From Eledone cirrhosa (Eukaryota): a DNA stretch of 64,000 nt. The position numbers and the translations under genes were made by a program. Numbering within the stretch: position 1 is the stretch's first letter; each line of letters starts with the position of its first letter. Shown here one piece after another: positions 53,058-64,000 of the stretch. The notes beneath the pieces were generated by a model, which saw only the letters and a program-made list of their open reading frames with translations, did no database searches and was not told the origin of the DNA. The DNA lies in NCBI GenBank assembly GCA_964016885.1, contig OZ024741.1:197594001-197658000 (forward strand), read 5' to 3'.

Positions 53058-53464
53058 CACACACAGAAATGTATATATATTTCTGTGTGTATATATATAT
53101 ATTTCTGTGTGTGTATATATATATATATTACACACTCACAGAAATGTATATATGTTTCTGTAGCATTCCTCAATTCCCCCCTCTCTCCCTCCCGCTATCC
53201 CCCTCTTGTAGTCTGTCTCTTTCTTTCACTCTCACTCTCTCTCTACGCGTGCGTAAAAAACATTCGCACGCGCGCACGTGTTTTAGCGTCTATTCACTCT
53301 CTCTCTCTCCCTCTCTCCCTCCCGCTATCCCCCTCTCATAGTCTGTCTCTTTCTTTCACTCTCACTCTCTCTCTACGCGTGCGCAAAAACATTCGCACGC
53401 GCGCACGTGTTTCCACTGTCGGACAGACAGACAGAGAAATTGCTGGTTATATATTATAAGGAGA
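52823..53464 (-). mobile_element. Non-autonomous Helitron-like element (53464-52915) joined head-to-tail to the 5' end of a second (52914-52823)
   Basis: Minus strand reads A|TCTCCTTATAATATATAA...ctgtctgtctgtcc ... terminal hairpin ...ctgCTAG|TCTCTTTATATATAAAATT...gtctgtctgtctg. Internal ~130-bp tandem duplication at 53181-53412. Confidence 0.7.
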
Positions 53465-53521
53465 TAAGTTTTCAAAATTAGAACTCAAAATCAACAATGT
53501 TTGTTAAATACAAAAAAAAAA

Positions 53522-53782
53522 GCAATGTTGTCGGACCTCCGTCAGTTCCTATGACGAGTTTTCCAGTTGTTTAACCAACTGAGCAGCCTGCTCGTGAAAT
53601 GTTCGTGCAGTTGGCAGAGCATTTTATAGACACGTGTACCCATAACGTAGATCTCAGAAAGTTTCGGCGTGCCACTGTATGACAAGGCTGGCTCTTTAAA
53701 CTACAGGTATAACTCATTTTTTCCAGCTGAATGAACTGGAACAACGTGAAATAAAGTCTTTTTCTCAAAGACAACGCCTTTC
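53522..53782 (-). mobile_element. Third SINE-like family (headless); 3' part also at ~39810-39950 (+)
   Basis: ggtacacgtgtctataaaatgctctgccaactgcacgaacatttc...ctgacggag resembles 39833-39945. Confidence 0.5.
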
Positions 53783-53821
53783 TTCTTCTTCTTCTTTCCA
53801 ATCAAACCATATTATTACAGT

Positions 53822-54005
53822 AATTGGCAGTATCGGTAGAGGGTCGGACACCATGCTTTCCAGCATAGTTACATCCGTTTAAAATCTGAGTTCAAATCCC
53901 GCCGAGGTTGACTTTGCCTTTCATCCTTACGGGGTCGATAAAATAAAGTACCAGTAATGAACTGGGTAATTGCTGGCCTTGTTCCAAAAGTAGAAACAAT
54001 TATTA
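53822..54005 (+). mobile_element. SINE family A, near full length
   Basis: aattggcagtatcggtagagggtcggacacc...gagttcaaatcccgccgagg...agaaacaattatt. Confidence 0.92.
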
Positions 54006-55893
54006 CAGTAAAAAAAGTTAAAGGAAAGTCGAGAGGAAATTCCTTTTCCAATGTTGAGTTTTATTGTAGAACGCGCTAGACTTCAACACCTTATATATTT
54101 CTTACTTGGCTCATTCCCTCTAACTTTCGTCACAGAACACGTTACACTGGTTTAAGAACAGTGATGCGTCACTCATACAACACTTTCACAAACAAAAATA
54201 GTTATAGACTTAATTGAAAGAAGTATTTGTTTCGTCGAAAGATGATCATGTTATAACTGCTGCGCTCGCCTTCCGCACCTACGTCCTTATATCTTTTCTT
54301 AGGGGTTCTAGTAGAGAAAATATTGAAAATAGTTGACTGACTGGAAGCAAGTGAGATCGAGTTTAAGTTCGATACGTATCCAGATATAAGCACCAACAAT
54401 GATGCTGCCATAAAAATTAAAAGTCATCTAAATCAAACTACACAACACAAATGGAGAAACAATCAGCCCTGTGAGGAAAATGTATAGTGCAGGCGAGAAT
54501 AAAGAGTCATTTAGGGGGTACTTATTACATGACTTGTATACTAAATATTACAAAAGTCAACAATGCAGCTTGTCATTTCTATTTTCTAAAACTTAATAAG
54601 CAATCACAATATTATCCCAGCAACTCCATTTCTTCACACAAGCCTTCGTTAATTGCATAGTTAAAGTTGAATGAATAAAAAAAAAAAAAGAAATATAAAA
54701 AAAGGATATAAAAAATCATGAAATTTGCAAAATGTTAATATCGCATCATGGTATAATTTACATATCTATTAACATGGTTTTGTGTCAAAAACTTTCACCG
54801 AAAACTTGGACAACCCTTCCTTCAACATTAATTTGAATACATTATTTATTTGGCCAGGAAACTTCAACATTACATTTACATATAGTTGTGTGTCATTGGT
54901 AATATGTATGTTCATCAAGTGTATGTTAAAATATTTAAAGGATAGGGACGTTGTGTTTGACTGAAGTATCGAACTATCGACTACGCAGCACCTCGGGATA
55001 TGCCCTCTGCTGGAACACCCCTGCACAGCATTGGACTCGGCAGAGTTTGATTGAGAAAGGACAGAAATGTGTTAAGCTGTGGCGGAACCACATCTAGCAA
55101 AGCTTAGTAGCTGACACTCCTGTGAACACGATAAGAAAGAAAATACTGAGCACCTACTGTATTGGGGGAGATTAAACTTTTTATCAGGAGTGTCTACACA
55201 ATTCTATGGTTATTTTAGGTTGAATAGCACTTTCCTTATGACCTAACGTCTGACTGGTCGGTCATTTTAACTTTCCTACAAATATGTCGTCTGTTTTCAT
55301 TAGGGTGTAAGTGTAACACTACCTAGCTACAAATTCCCTACAATTAAGAGGCATTGTACAAATGTTCTAAACTATTATTAATATTTCCGTTTTACATTGT
55401 ACAAAACGAATAATATTAGCTGCTGTCGAATAACGACAGGCATTGAAAATGGTTTATTGGCATTGTGACAAAAACTGTTGATTTAGCTAAAGACTTTAAA
55501 TTCCTTGAAGACTAATCTACTAAATTAAGGAGTTAACATCGGACAGGCATTTTCTTATTTATTGTTATTATATTTCGATATTGTGTAATTACAATTCAGG
55601 ACACATTAACTCATAGATATATTAACATTGTAGAAAGTAAGTGTACACTAACCTGGTTGTAACTTGAAAAGGAAACAAAATATAAATTACTTTGAAATAT
55701 TAGCCGAAGTCATCGATATTGATAGGTTATTAGGAATACAGAATGGTAATTATTAATGTCTTTAGTTTCTTCTTTCACCTCTTAAAACTATTTTGCACCC
55801 AACTGACCAATAATTTTATGTTTTCCAATATATAATGTTGTAATTGTACTAGTGGGAATAATAACCTTCCTGAAATTGGAATTATTCAATCAC

Positions 55894-55940
55894 ATGTATG
55901 TATGTATGTATGTATGTATGTATGTATGTATGTATGTATG

Positions 55941-55972
<32 letters not shown>

Positions 55973-55980
55973 TGTATGTA

Positions 55981-56033
<53 letters not shown>

Positions 56034-56132
56034 ATGGATGGATGGATGGATGGATGGATGGATGGATGGATTCTCTTCTCTTCTCTTCTCTTCTCTTCTC
56101 TTCTCTTCTCTTCTCTTCTCTTCTCTTCTCTC
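55894..56132. repeat. Compound microsatellite (ATGT)n-(GT)n-(GGAT)n-(TTCTC)n
   Basis: Directly visible. Confidence 0.97.
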
Positions 56133-59100
56133 TCAATTTCGAGTATATTTTTTTGACCGGCCACCTTCCTGGTGGCAAGGTTGTAAAAGAAAAGAAATTG
56201 TCATCCCTTGAATCGCAAGAATGTCTTGCAAATTTTGAAGGTGCCAGCTATCGCAGCCATTTGCAGACTATGAATTAGGGAGCTGCGCTTTTTGTCCGCA
56301 AATCCAAGTTCAGTCATACTTTGGTCCAAGCGGGTTGGTATATAACCCGTAGCTCCAATAATGATGGGTATGAAGCTAAAGGTGTATCTTGGATACTGGA
56401 TTTGTAAACTCCTCATCAATGGTCCGTAGATGTCCTCCTTCTCCTGTATTTTTCTGACAACGTTTACATCAAGTGGGCAGCTGATCTCCACAACAGAACA
56501 CGTTTTCAATGTGTGGTCCCAAACTACAATATCAGGCCGGTTGTGCTTTAATTTGGTGGCAGTTTTTATTTTCAGGTTCCACCAGTATTCCTTAGTGACA
56601 TCTGTCTCAATATATTCTTCCTCGTTTGTTGTTAATTTTGTTTTCCGAAGTGCGTTCCAGATGGTTCTAGCTATCCCATCGTGTCTCATGGGGAGATAGT
56701 AGCGAGATGACATTCTTTCGCAGCTGGCAACAATGTGGCTTACATCTTCGATCTTTGTTTTACATAGCCTACATTTATTGTCAGCTGCTGGCCCTCCTCT
56801 TTTGTGCAGCAGATGTTTGGTAGGGAGTTCTTGTTCCTGTATTGCATAGAGATATCCCTCAAGGTGTGATGTCAAACTTGTCGGAACTCCATGCCAGGCT
56901 TTTTGAGTGGTTTATCCCCTCTATGGTCTGTGTTTTACACCTCAAGTATCCATGCACAACTTTTTCTGTAAATTGGTCAATTTTTTTATCTTGTTTGAAC
57001 ATTGAATAGGATCTTCCGATTTCTCTGGGTGAGAGATTTATATCAGGCTTTATTCCATATCTCTCCTCCAGATCAGTCGCTATTCTAATGATATTTCTTT
57101 TTTGATGCTCATAAACCTGGGCAAGATGGTTGCCAACCTTTTTCCTCTGTTGAAGGTATTGCTTCAGTGTTACTATCCGGGTCTCATGTGTTGTTAATAT
57201 TGATTTTAGACCCCGGCCACCTTCCTTGCGTGAGAAGTATAGCCTATCCACATCACCATTGATGTTAAAGTTCCCAGTAACACTGAGAAGTTTTCGAGTT
57301 CTAACATCCATCTCACTTAGTTCTTGCAATGACCAGTTCAGTAGGCCAAATGTTGGCGTTAGAATTGGCACAGCATAAGTATTGTGGGCAATGTATTTGT
57401 TGTATGCTGACAGTTCTGATGACCATATTTTCTTTACTCTTCTGAGGTATTCAGTTCTGGTTCTCTCCTTATTCATGGGTCCATCATATCTGACATTCTC
57501 ATCCTGTCCAAGATATCTGTAGTTGTCACCTGACTGCAGAGGTTGTATTGTCAGGCCATTCATCTCTAGATTTCTAGAGGAGGGCACAGCTCTTCCATGT
57601 TTTACTGCCAAATGTGCACACTTGGACTCACCAAATTTCAATTTGATGTCGGTTGAAAATTGTGTAATGAGGTCCAATTGTTTCTTGATGTCATTGATAT
57701 TTGGCCCATACAACTTCAGGTCATCAACAAAGAAAAGATGGGAGATATTTCTGTGCCCACTTCTTTGTCCACCTTGTTTCCTGAGTAGGTAAGATAGTGG
57801 ATTCAGTGAGAGAACGAAGAGTAGCACTGACAAGCTATCACCCTGAAAGATGCCCTTCTGGTAATGTATCTTATCAGTCTTAACCTGCTCCTTCTCACCT
57901 CTAAGGATCAAATTGGTGTACCAGTTCTTGGTCAGGCGTTCAACAGCAGCTACCAATGGTTGTGGGACTTTAGCTAATTGTAAAGCCTTAATAATCCACC
58001 CATGAGGTACACTATCAAATGCTTTTTGATAGTCCAGCCACACGACAGTCATGTTTCTGCGATTCTTTGTTGTTTTTTCCTGAATCATTTTGTTAGTTAG
58101 TAGGTGATCTATGCAACCTCACGCCTCCCTCTTTCCACCAGCTTGCTCAGGTGTTATGATGTTGTTGGTAGCACAGTGATCCTGTAAGAACAGGTTAAGG
58201 CACCCAGTATATAATTTATACATGATGTTTTGGCAGGCAATTGGGCGGTAATTTTTAGCAAGGGTGGTTTGGCTATTTTTGGGAATGAGGAGAGTAGTGG
58301 CAGTTGATAACCATCTGGGCAGTTCTTGTGTGCCCTTAATGGTTTCTGTAAACAGCCGTATGAGATCTTGCCGATAGAAAGTGAAATTCTTCAACCAGTA
58401 TCCTGTAATGAGGTCTGGGCCTGGCGATTTCCTATTCGACATTTTCTGTAGAGCTGTTTCCAGTATTGACCCATCTATGTCATATTGTTTTGTCTGGACA
58501 TGTTGGCAGTAGTCCTGTTCCAGTTCTTTTAGCCAATTAGCTTGTCTGTTGAATCCGTCATCCGTTTCCCATACAGATCTCCAGTAGCTCTCAACCTGTT
58601 CTTTTGAAGGGGTGTCGTTTACAGGGATTGAGCTTTTGTCACCGAAGCTGCGATAAACTGATTTAGGATCTCTGGCAAACAATCTATTTAGCACTTGTCG
58701 TTTATGTGCTGTTGACTTATATTCTAGTCTTTCTGTTGTAGCTGTGAGTTGTTGTTTCAACTGGTGTAATTTGGAGTTCAAAGTTTTAAATTTTGTATCT
58801 CCAAATCGTCCGTCTAACTTTTTCTTTAGGTCTTCCTGGTGTCGTGTGAAGTTGCTCTCTATGTTGCATTTCATAACGACTGCGATGTGTGAGATACTTC
58901 GTCTCAGGGACAAAATTTTGGTTTTTAAATTTCGCATCCACGCTGGTTCAGGCTTTCTGTTTGTATCTTGATTGCATAGTTTTAGATGTGTGTTATATGA
59001 TAGCAATGTGACAGCTGAAACATATAACAAAACATTAAGCGTTTCAAATGTCGTTTCTACACCTTTAGATCGTATAGCCTTCAGATAATTGCCAGCCATT

Positions 59101-59147
59101 TCGTTCACAGCTTCCAATTCCAATTTAGTGGGTTCTTTACTGACTCT
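56133..59147 (-). mobile_element. Fourth R4/Dong-like RT-RLE retrotransposon, 5'-truncated, few frameshifts
   Basis: ORFs 58119..59249 (KSPGPD, NYRPIAC), 56859..58088 (DYQKAFD, GIFQGDSLS, FVDD) and 56201..56875 (CRLC..HIV..C, RHD, RPDIVV, K...Y). Sense tail (GAGAA)n; 5' flank (CATA)n. Confidence 0.93.
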
Positions 59148-59233
59148 ATGTATGTATGTATGTATGTATGTATGTATGTATGTATGTATGTATGTATGTA
59201 TGTATGTATGTATGTATGTATGTATGTATGTAT

Positions 59234-59434
59234 GGAGATCTCTCTGCACTTGTCGTCACATGGTACCATGGGCCCAGCACTATGTGTCAATAATTGTCAC
59301 AAGTGTAGTGTTTGTACCAGAGTTTTCAAGTCACTGGCTGGACTAAAAAGTCACACTTGTTCAGCGCATCGGTAGGGGTTCTCCTACACGGATATAAAGT
59401 AGTGGCCGTACTCGAAAACGAGTTGGCAGCCACC
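59234..59434 (+). mobile_element. RTE-like LINE 3' end (C2H2 finger and 3' UTR) within (ATGT)n
   Basis: CSVCTRVFKSLAGLKSHTCSAHR*, then ctcgaaaacgag stem-loop and (ATGT)n on both sides. Confidence 0.65.
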
Positions 59435-59787
59435 ATGTATGTATGTATGTATGTATGTATGTATGTATGTATGTATGTATGTATGTATGTATGTATGTAT
59501 GTATGTATGCATATTTGTAGGCATGTATATTCATGTACGCATGTTTATGTATGTATATATGTTTAAGTAAGATCTTTCCTGACAGAAACATATACATAAA
59601 CGTGTAACATATGTGGTTGCAGTCGCGATTATCTGGTCGCTTCTGCAACTGCATCCTCCATTGTTGCGGCTTTTAAGAAGTACATTTACCAACGGATGCC
59701 TAAATGAATGATAATCGTAATCAAAATCGTTTGTTAACCACAAACATATATGTAGATATATGTTTGATTATGTTTGCTTGTACACTT

Positions 59788-60080
59788 AGGCAGCGACTAG
59801 GCAGAGTCATTAGAATGTTAGAAAGAAGTCTTTGTGATATTCGTTCCGGATCACGGCGCTCTCAGCTTAAATCTCGTCAATGTATACTCTATTTTTCCAC
59901 TCTATGAGTCGATAAATATATGGACTAGTCCAGTAATAAAGTCGATTCTTTCTCTATATATCTTTCTAACTTCCTCTCTCTCTCTCTCTCTCTCGCTTGC
60001 TAGAAGATATGTGCTGTGTTCAAATTTGGCGTGTGATGGGCTCTTCCAGATTAAAGGAAATGCTCAAGACACGCTACATA
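59788..60080 (+). mobile_element. SINE-like family B, diverged
   Basis: aggcagcgactaggcagagtcattaga head, CT tract, gggctcttccag...aatgctcaagacacgct. Confidence 0.55.
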
Positions 60081-60559
60081 CCCATATTTGTACATACGTT
60101 AAGCGTGCGTAACTCTTTAGTATTCACGTAAGTGTACAGGATTATTTTCTGTCCATAAATGTGTGCTGTATGCACAAACATGTATCTATGTTCATTCCAA
60201 GAAATTCAAACAGAGGATCTTTGGAGCATTTTACAAATCTTTACTGTACGATTAATCGATTGGATTTGCAGAATGCGTGTTAGTGTGCTTTGTTCTTTCT
60301 TTGAAAACCCCCAAATTTCCAAGCTTTTATATGAATTTGTTGTTACATAGAGAAACGCATCTATGATAATAGATACAAATGAGAATCTATACCGCATTAT
60401 TTTGCCATAAATATTCTCTTTTCCCAAACGTTAGAAGATACCTCAACAACAGGGCATGGCTTTTGTTCACTGGACCATAGAATACATAACAAAGTTGTAT
60501 TTGCTCCAGATTAGTTAAAATCTGTGTGTACTGATTCTGGTTCTTGTGTGTGCGCGCGC

Positions 60560-60592
<33 letters not shown>

Positions 60593-61222
60593 CATCATTG
60601 TTTTTGTATTACCCCCATAAGAATCCTCCATGTGGGAAGCTTTGTAAATAATTTTGGCAACAATGTCATGTTTTATGGAAAGGTAGACATTTTGGGGTAG
60701 CTATTTATGGTGTCGGTTTCATCTTCCATACTAATATGGCAGAAGTTCTTTTTACTGAATAAGCTACATCCTGTTATTGAATAATGAATGTCCGTCATTT
60801 ACTCTGAAGTTTCACAGAATCATCAGACAATACACGTGTCTAGTTTGATGATCCCGTGGGTGCACTCTATAATAACATGTATATATACGTGTGATATTGC
60901 GTACTTGATTATCTGAGACTGCGTAAATGTGTATATAAATTTACGCATGTTTATATAGACTTGTAAACATGCAAAATACGTATTTCTCTGTAAATTGAAA
61001 AAAATACGAATACCTTTGCCCGGTCTTCAAACCTAACTGGGCATCAATGTTATCTAAACAACCATAAATAAATATGTAATCGAGGGGTTTATATATTCTA
61101 TCACTTATAGTGGTATCCTGATATGGACGTGCTAATTTGCATATTATTAGCGCTCGCGTTAGCAGTTAATTTAGATTTATATTAATTTTTGCGCTTAGCA
61201 GTCGAATAAATAATAAGGTTAT

Positions 61223-61289
<67 letters not shown>

Positions 61290-61439
61290 GAATAAAATTA
61301 ACCGAGAATGCTTAAATGTGTATATAAATTAGTTCGTCTGTTTCAGAATACTACTATAAGTGTTACGTATTTCCTTGGGGTTATTTAGATGATATACATG
61401 CCTTCATATGAAAGCCCAATTAGGCTTTAACTTACCAGG

Positions 61440-61558
61440 CACTGGCCAACGAAAAGCTCTAGTAGAAAACACTTGCACATGGTGACACGCCGCAGGGCTG
61501 AACCCAAAAGCACGGGGTCGCGAAACGAATTTTTTAACCACACATCCTCACCCTCGCC
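61440..61558 (-). mobile_element. Degenerate tRNA-head SINE fragment
   Basis: Minus strand gtgtggttaaaaaattcg...gggttcagccctgcggcgtgtcaccatgtgcaagtg. Confidence 0.5.
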
Positions 61559-61679
61559 TAGAAATATTCAAAAGAAGAAACATAGAATGACCTGAATGAG
61601 TTAAAGCTTCTAAAGTCCTATCAATAATCTATGTTATAAAATACAGTGCAAGATATAACAACATATAGATTAAATTAAT

Positions 61680-61864
61680 TGTTTCTACTTTAGGCACAAG
61701 GCCAGCAATTACCCAGTTCATTACTGGTACTTTATTTTATCGACCCCGTAAGGATGAAAGGCAAAATCAACCTCGGCGGGATTTGAACTCAGATCGTAAA
61801 GGGACGTAACTATGCTGGAAAGCATGGCGTCCGACCCTCTACCGATACTGCCAATCCACCGCCC
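61680..61864 (-). mobile_element. SINE family A, full length, with TSD
   Basis: 5' gggcggtggattggcagtatcggtagag (A-box), gagttcaaatcc (B-box). TSD atatagattaaattaat at 61663-61679 and 61877-61893. Confidence 0.93.
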
Positions 61865-62192
61865 TATATAGATTAAATATAGATTAAATTAATGATATTA
61901 ATACTGTTTAACATTAATATTGCATAAGAGTAATTGAGATGAATAACGTTAGGTCAATATTTTGATTTACAGACTAACATTTTCAGGCTTGTTGAATAAT
62001 TTTTTATTTTAGTGACGTGAAGGAAGCTTAGCACATTTTGAAACTATAGTAGTGTGCCGTGTTTCTAGTCAGGCTTCATTCCTAGTTGAATCTTTTTTTT
62101 CTGATACTTCAATAATTCTTCTAGTAAATGTGTAAAAGCCACACATTCTCTTTGCTTCTTACCTAAAAATACTGAACCTTTGTAACCATCCA

Positions 62193-62607
62193 ATGCATAC
62201 ATACATGCACATATACATACACACACATACATACACACATACGTACACACACATACATGCACACACATACATACATACATGCACACACAGATGCACGCAT
62301 GCATACATACAAACACATACATACATACATACATACATACATACATACATACATACATACATTCATGCATGCACACATACATACACATACATGCACACAT
62401 ATATATATATATACATACGTACACACACATACATGCACAGACAGATGCACGCATGCATACATACAAACATACATACATACATACATACATACATACATTC
62501 ATGCATGCACACATACATACACATACATGCACACACATATATATATATATATATTAACACACATACAAACATACATGCATGCATGCATACATACATACAT
62601 ACATGCA
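62193..62607. repeat. Complex (CATA/CA) microsatellite with higher-order ~160-bp repetition
   Basis: cagatgcacgcatgcatacatacaaaca and attcatgcatgcacacatac blocks each occur twice. Confidence 0.9.
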
Positions 62608-63755
62608 TCTTCTTCTGACGCTAAACTCCGTCAGTTGCAGACTGCGCATCAACATGAGATATTTTCTCCACAAAGTTCGATCACCAGCAGCAGAATTTAA
62701 AGATCAAAGATCAAGTCCAGTCAATAAGTTGACATTATCAAGCCATCGTTTTGGCTGCCGGCCTCTGCTTCTCGTACCAGCCAGCCTTTCTTCTAGGCAT
62801 AACCTACTCACACCACGAGTTGATCTTTTTATATGACCGTATAGTTTAAGTATTGTTGACTTGACAATTGATGTAATTCGTCTAAGTTTAGTAATGTTGA
62901 GCAGCTCACTGATACAGATACGGTCGCTGAGCCGCTTGCCAGTCATAAGTCTCATGATGTGGTTCTGGAATGTAGAGAGCTTCTGAAGTGACCTTGTCGT
63001 CCAATTAACACAGTCAAGACCATATAACACAACTGGTAGGATGTAAGTATCGAAGATATTAGCCTTCAAATAATAGGAAACTCGCTTTGATGTTAGTACT
63101 TCCTTGTTCTTGTTGAAACCTATCCAACCTAGGGCGATGCGATACTGCACAGTAGCCATTCCATTAGTGTTTGATGATAGTTTGTGACCGAGATATACAA
63201 ACTCCGTAACTTGAGCTATTTGCTTGTTGTAGATTGTGAGTTGGAGATTGGCATCGTTTTTATCAGTTGTCATACATTTTGTTTTGGAGATGTTGATGTG
63301 TAAGCCAGCCTCCAGCGAATGTTTGGCCAGTACATTCAGAAAGTCTTGCAGATCAGTTCTAGAGTAACTCATGATGGCCAGATCATCTGCATAGCTAAGA
63401 TTTGATAAGATTTTACCTCCTATTTGATAGCCAGAGGAGCATTCTTCTTCAGTTTGGTAGATAAGTGCAGCTATAACTATACAGAAAAGACGTGCTGATA
63501 GTACATCGCCCTGCTTAACTCCCTTCAAGATGTTTATACAACGTGTAGTTCCCAAGTCTGTTTTGATATATGCTGTTGAGTTGGCGTAAGTTTTTTTCAA
63601 TAGGTTGATGTATTTTTTGTTAATTGAAGTCTTGTCAAAAGCTTTTGTGAAGTCAATGAAGGTGATGTGGACAGAGTTGTTGAATTCTATTGATTTTTCA
63701 ATGATTTGTTCAATAGCTAGGATCTGCTCAATGGTGCCTCTTCCAGGCATGATAC
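62608..63755 (-). mobile_element. RTE-clade LINE, 5'-truncated RT with short 3' end
   Basis: ORF 62704..63795: IDFTKAFD, GVKQGDVLS, YADD, INISKTKCM, FVYLG, LPVVLYG, GTRSRGR..RWLD. 3' end ...gcgtcagaagaaga. Confidence 0.88.
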
Positions 63756-64000
63756 AATTGGGATAAGATGAAATACAGAGATAAAACAAAAACATATAAA
63801 ACAGAAAGATAATGATAACAGTTGCATTTGAAAATTATATGCTTAATGGGTAGAGGAGCAGATTGATGTTGATACTGGCTATAAAGGGTGATTGATGCTG
63901 TATGTGAGGGAAGGGATTTGAAGGGGCGTGTCTATAAAGAGGGAATACTTAATCACTGAGGGATTATCAGTTATTCTTGCGTCCGATTGGTCAAGAGTTT

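Overview
AT-rich eukaryotic (animal) repeat-dense DNA with no recognisable host protein-coding gene. The dominant tRNA-derived SINE resembles the high-copy repeat I recall from octopod cephalopod genomes; this is unverified recall. Most short ORFs in the track are microsatellite or antisense artefacts. The first ~33 kb is a pile-up of non-LTR retrotransposons: L1/Tx1-clade copies (all + strand, one near full length with a CCHC ORF1 and APE-RT-zf ORF2) and R4/Dong-clade RT-RLE copies (all - strand), nested in (ATT)n tracts. There are also Penelope-like (probably Naiad-type) fragments in (TA)n carrying hammerhead ribozyme motifs, and a mariner-derived element. The rest holds many SINEs, RTE-clade remnants, a tandem non-autonomous Helitron, another R4-like element and two fold-back palindromes. 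Highlights: (1) an (ATT)n landing pad shared by two unrelated LINE clades in opposite orientation; (2) a SINE whose 3' end matches the Tx1 3' end and which uses the same ATT target; (3) a 256-bp-arm near-perfect hairpin made of decayed Tx1 RT sequence; (4) an intact-looking type I hammerhead at 3851-3921; (5) two independent Dong copies broken at the same nucleotide.
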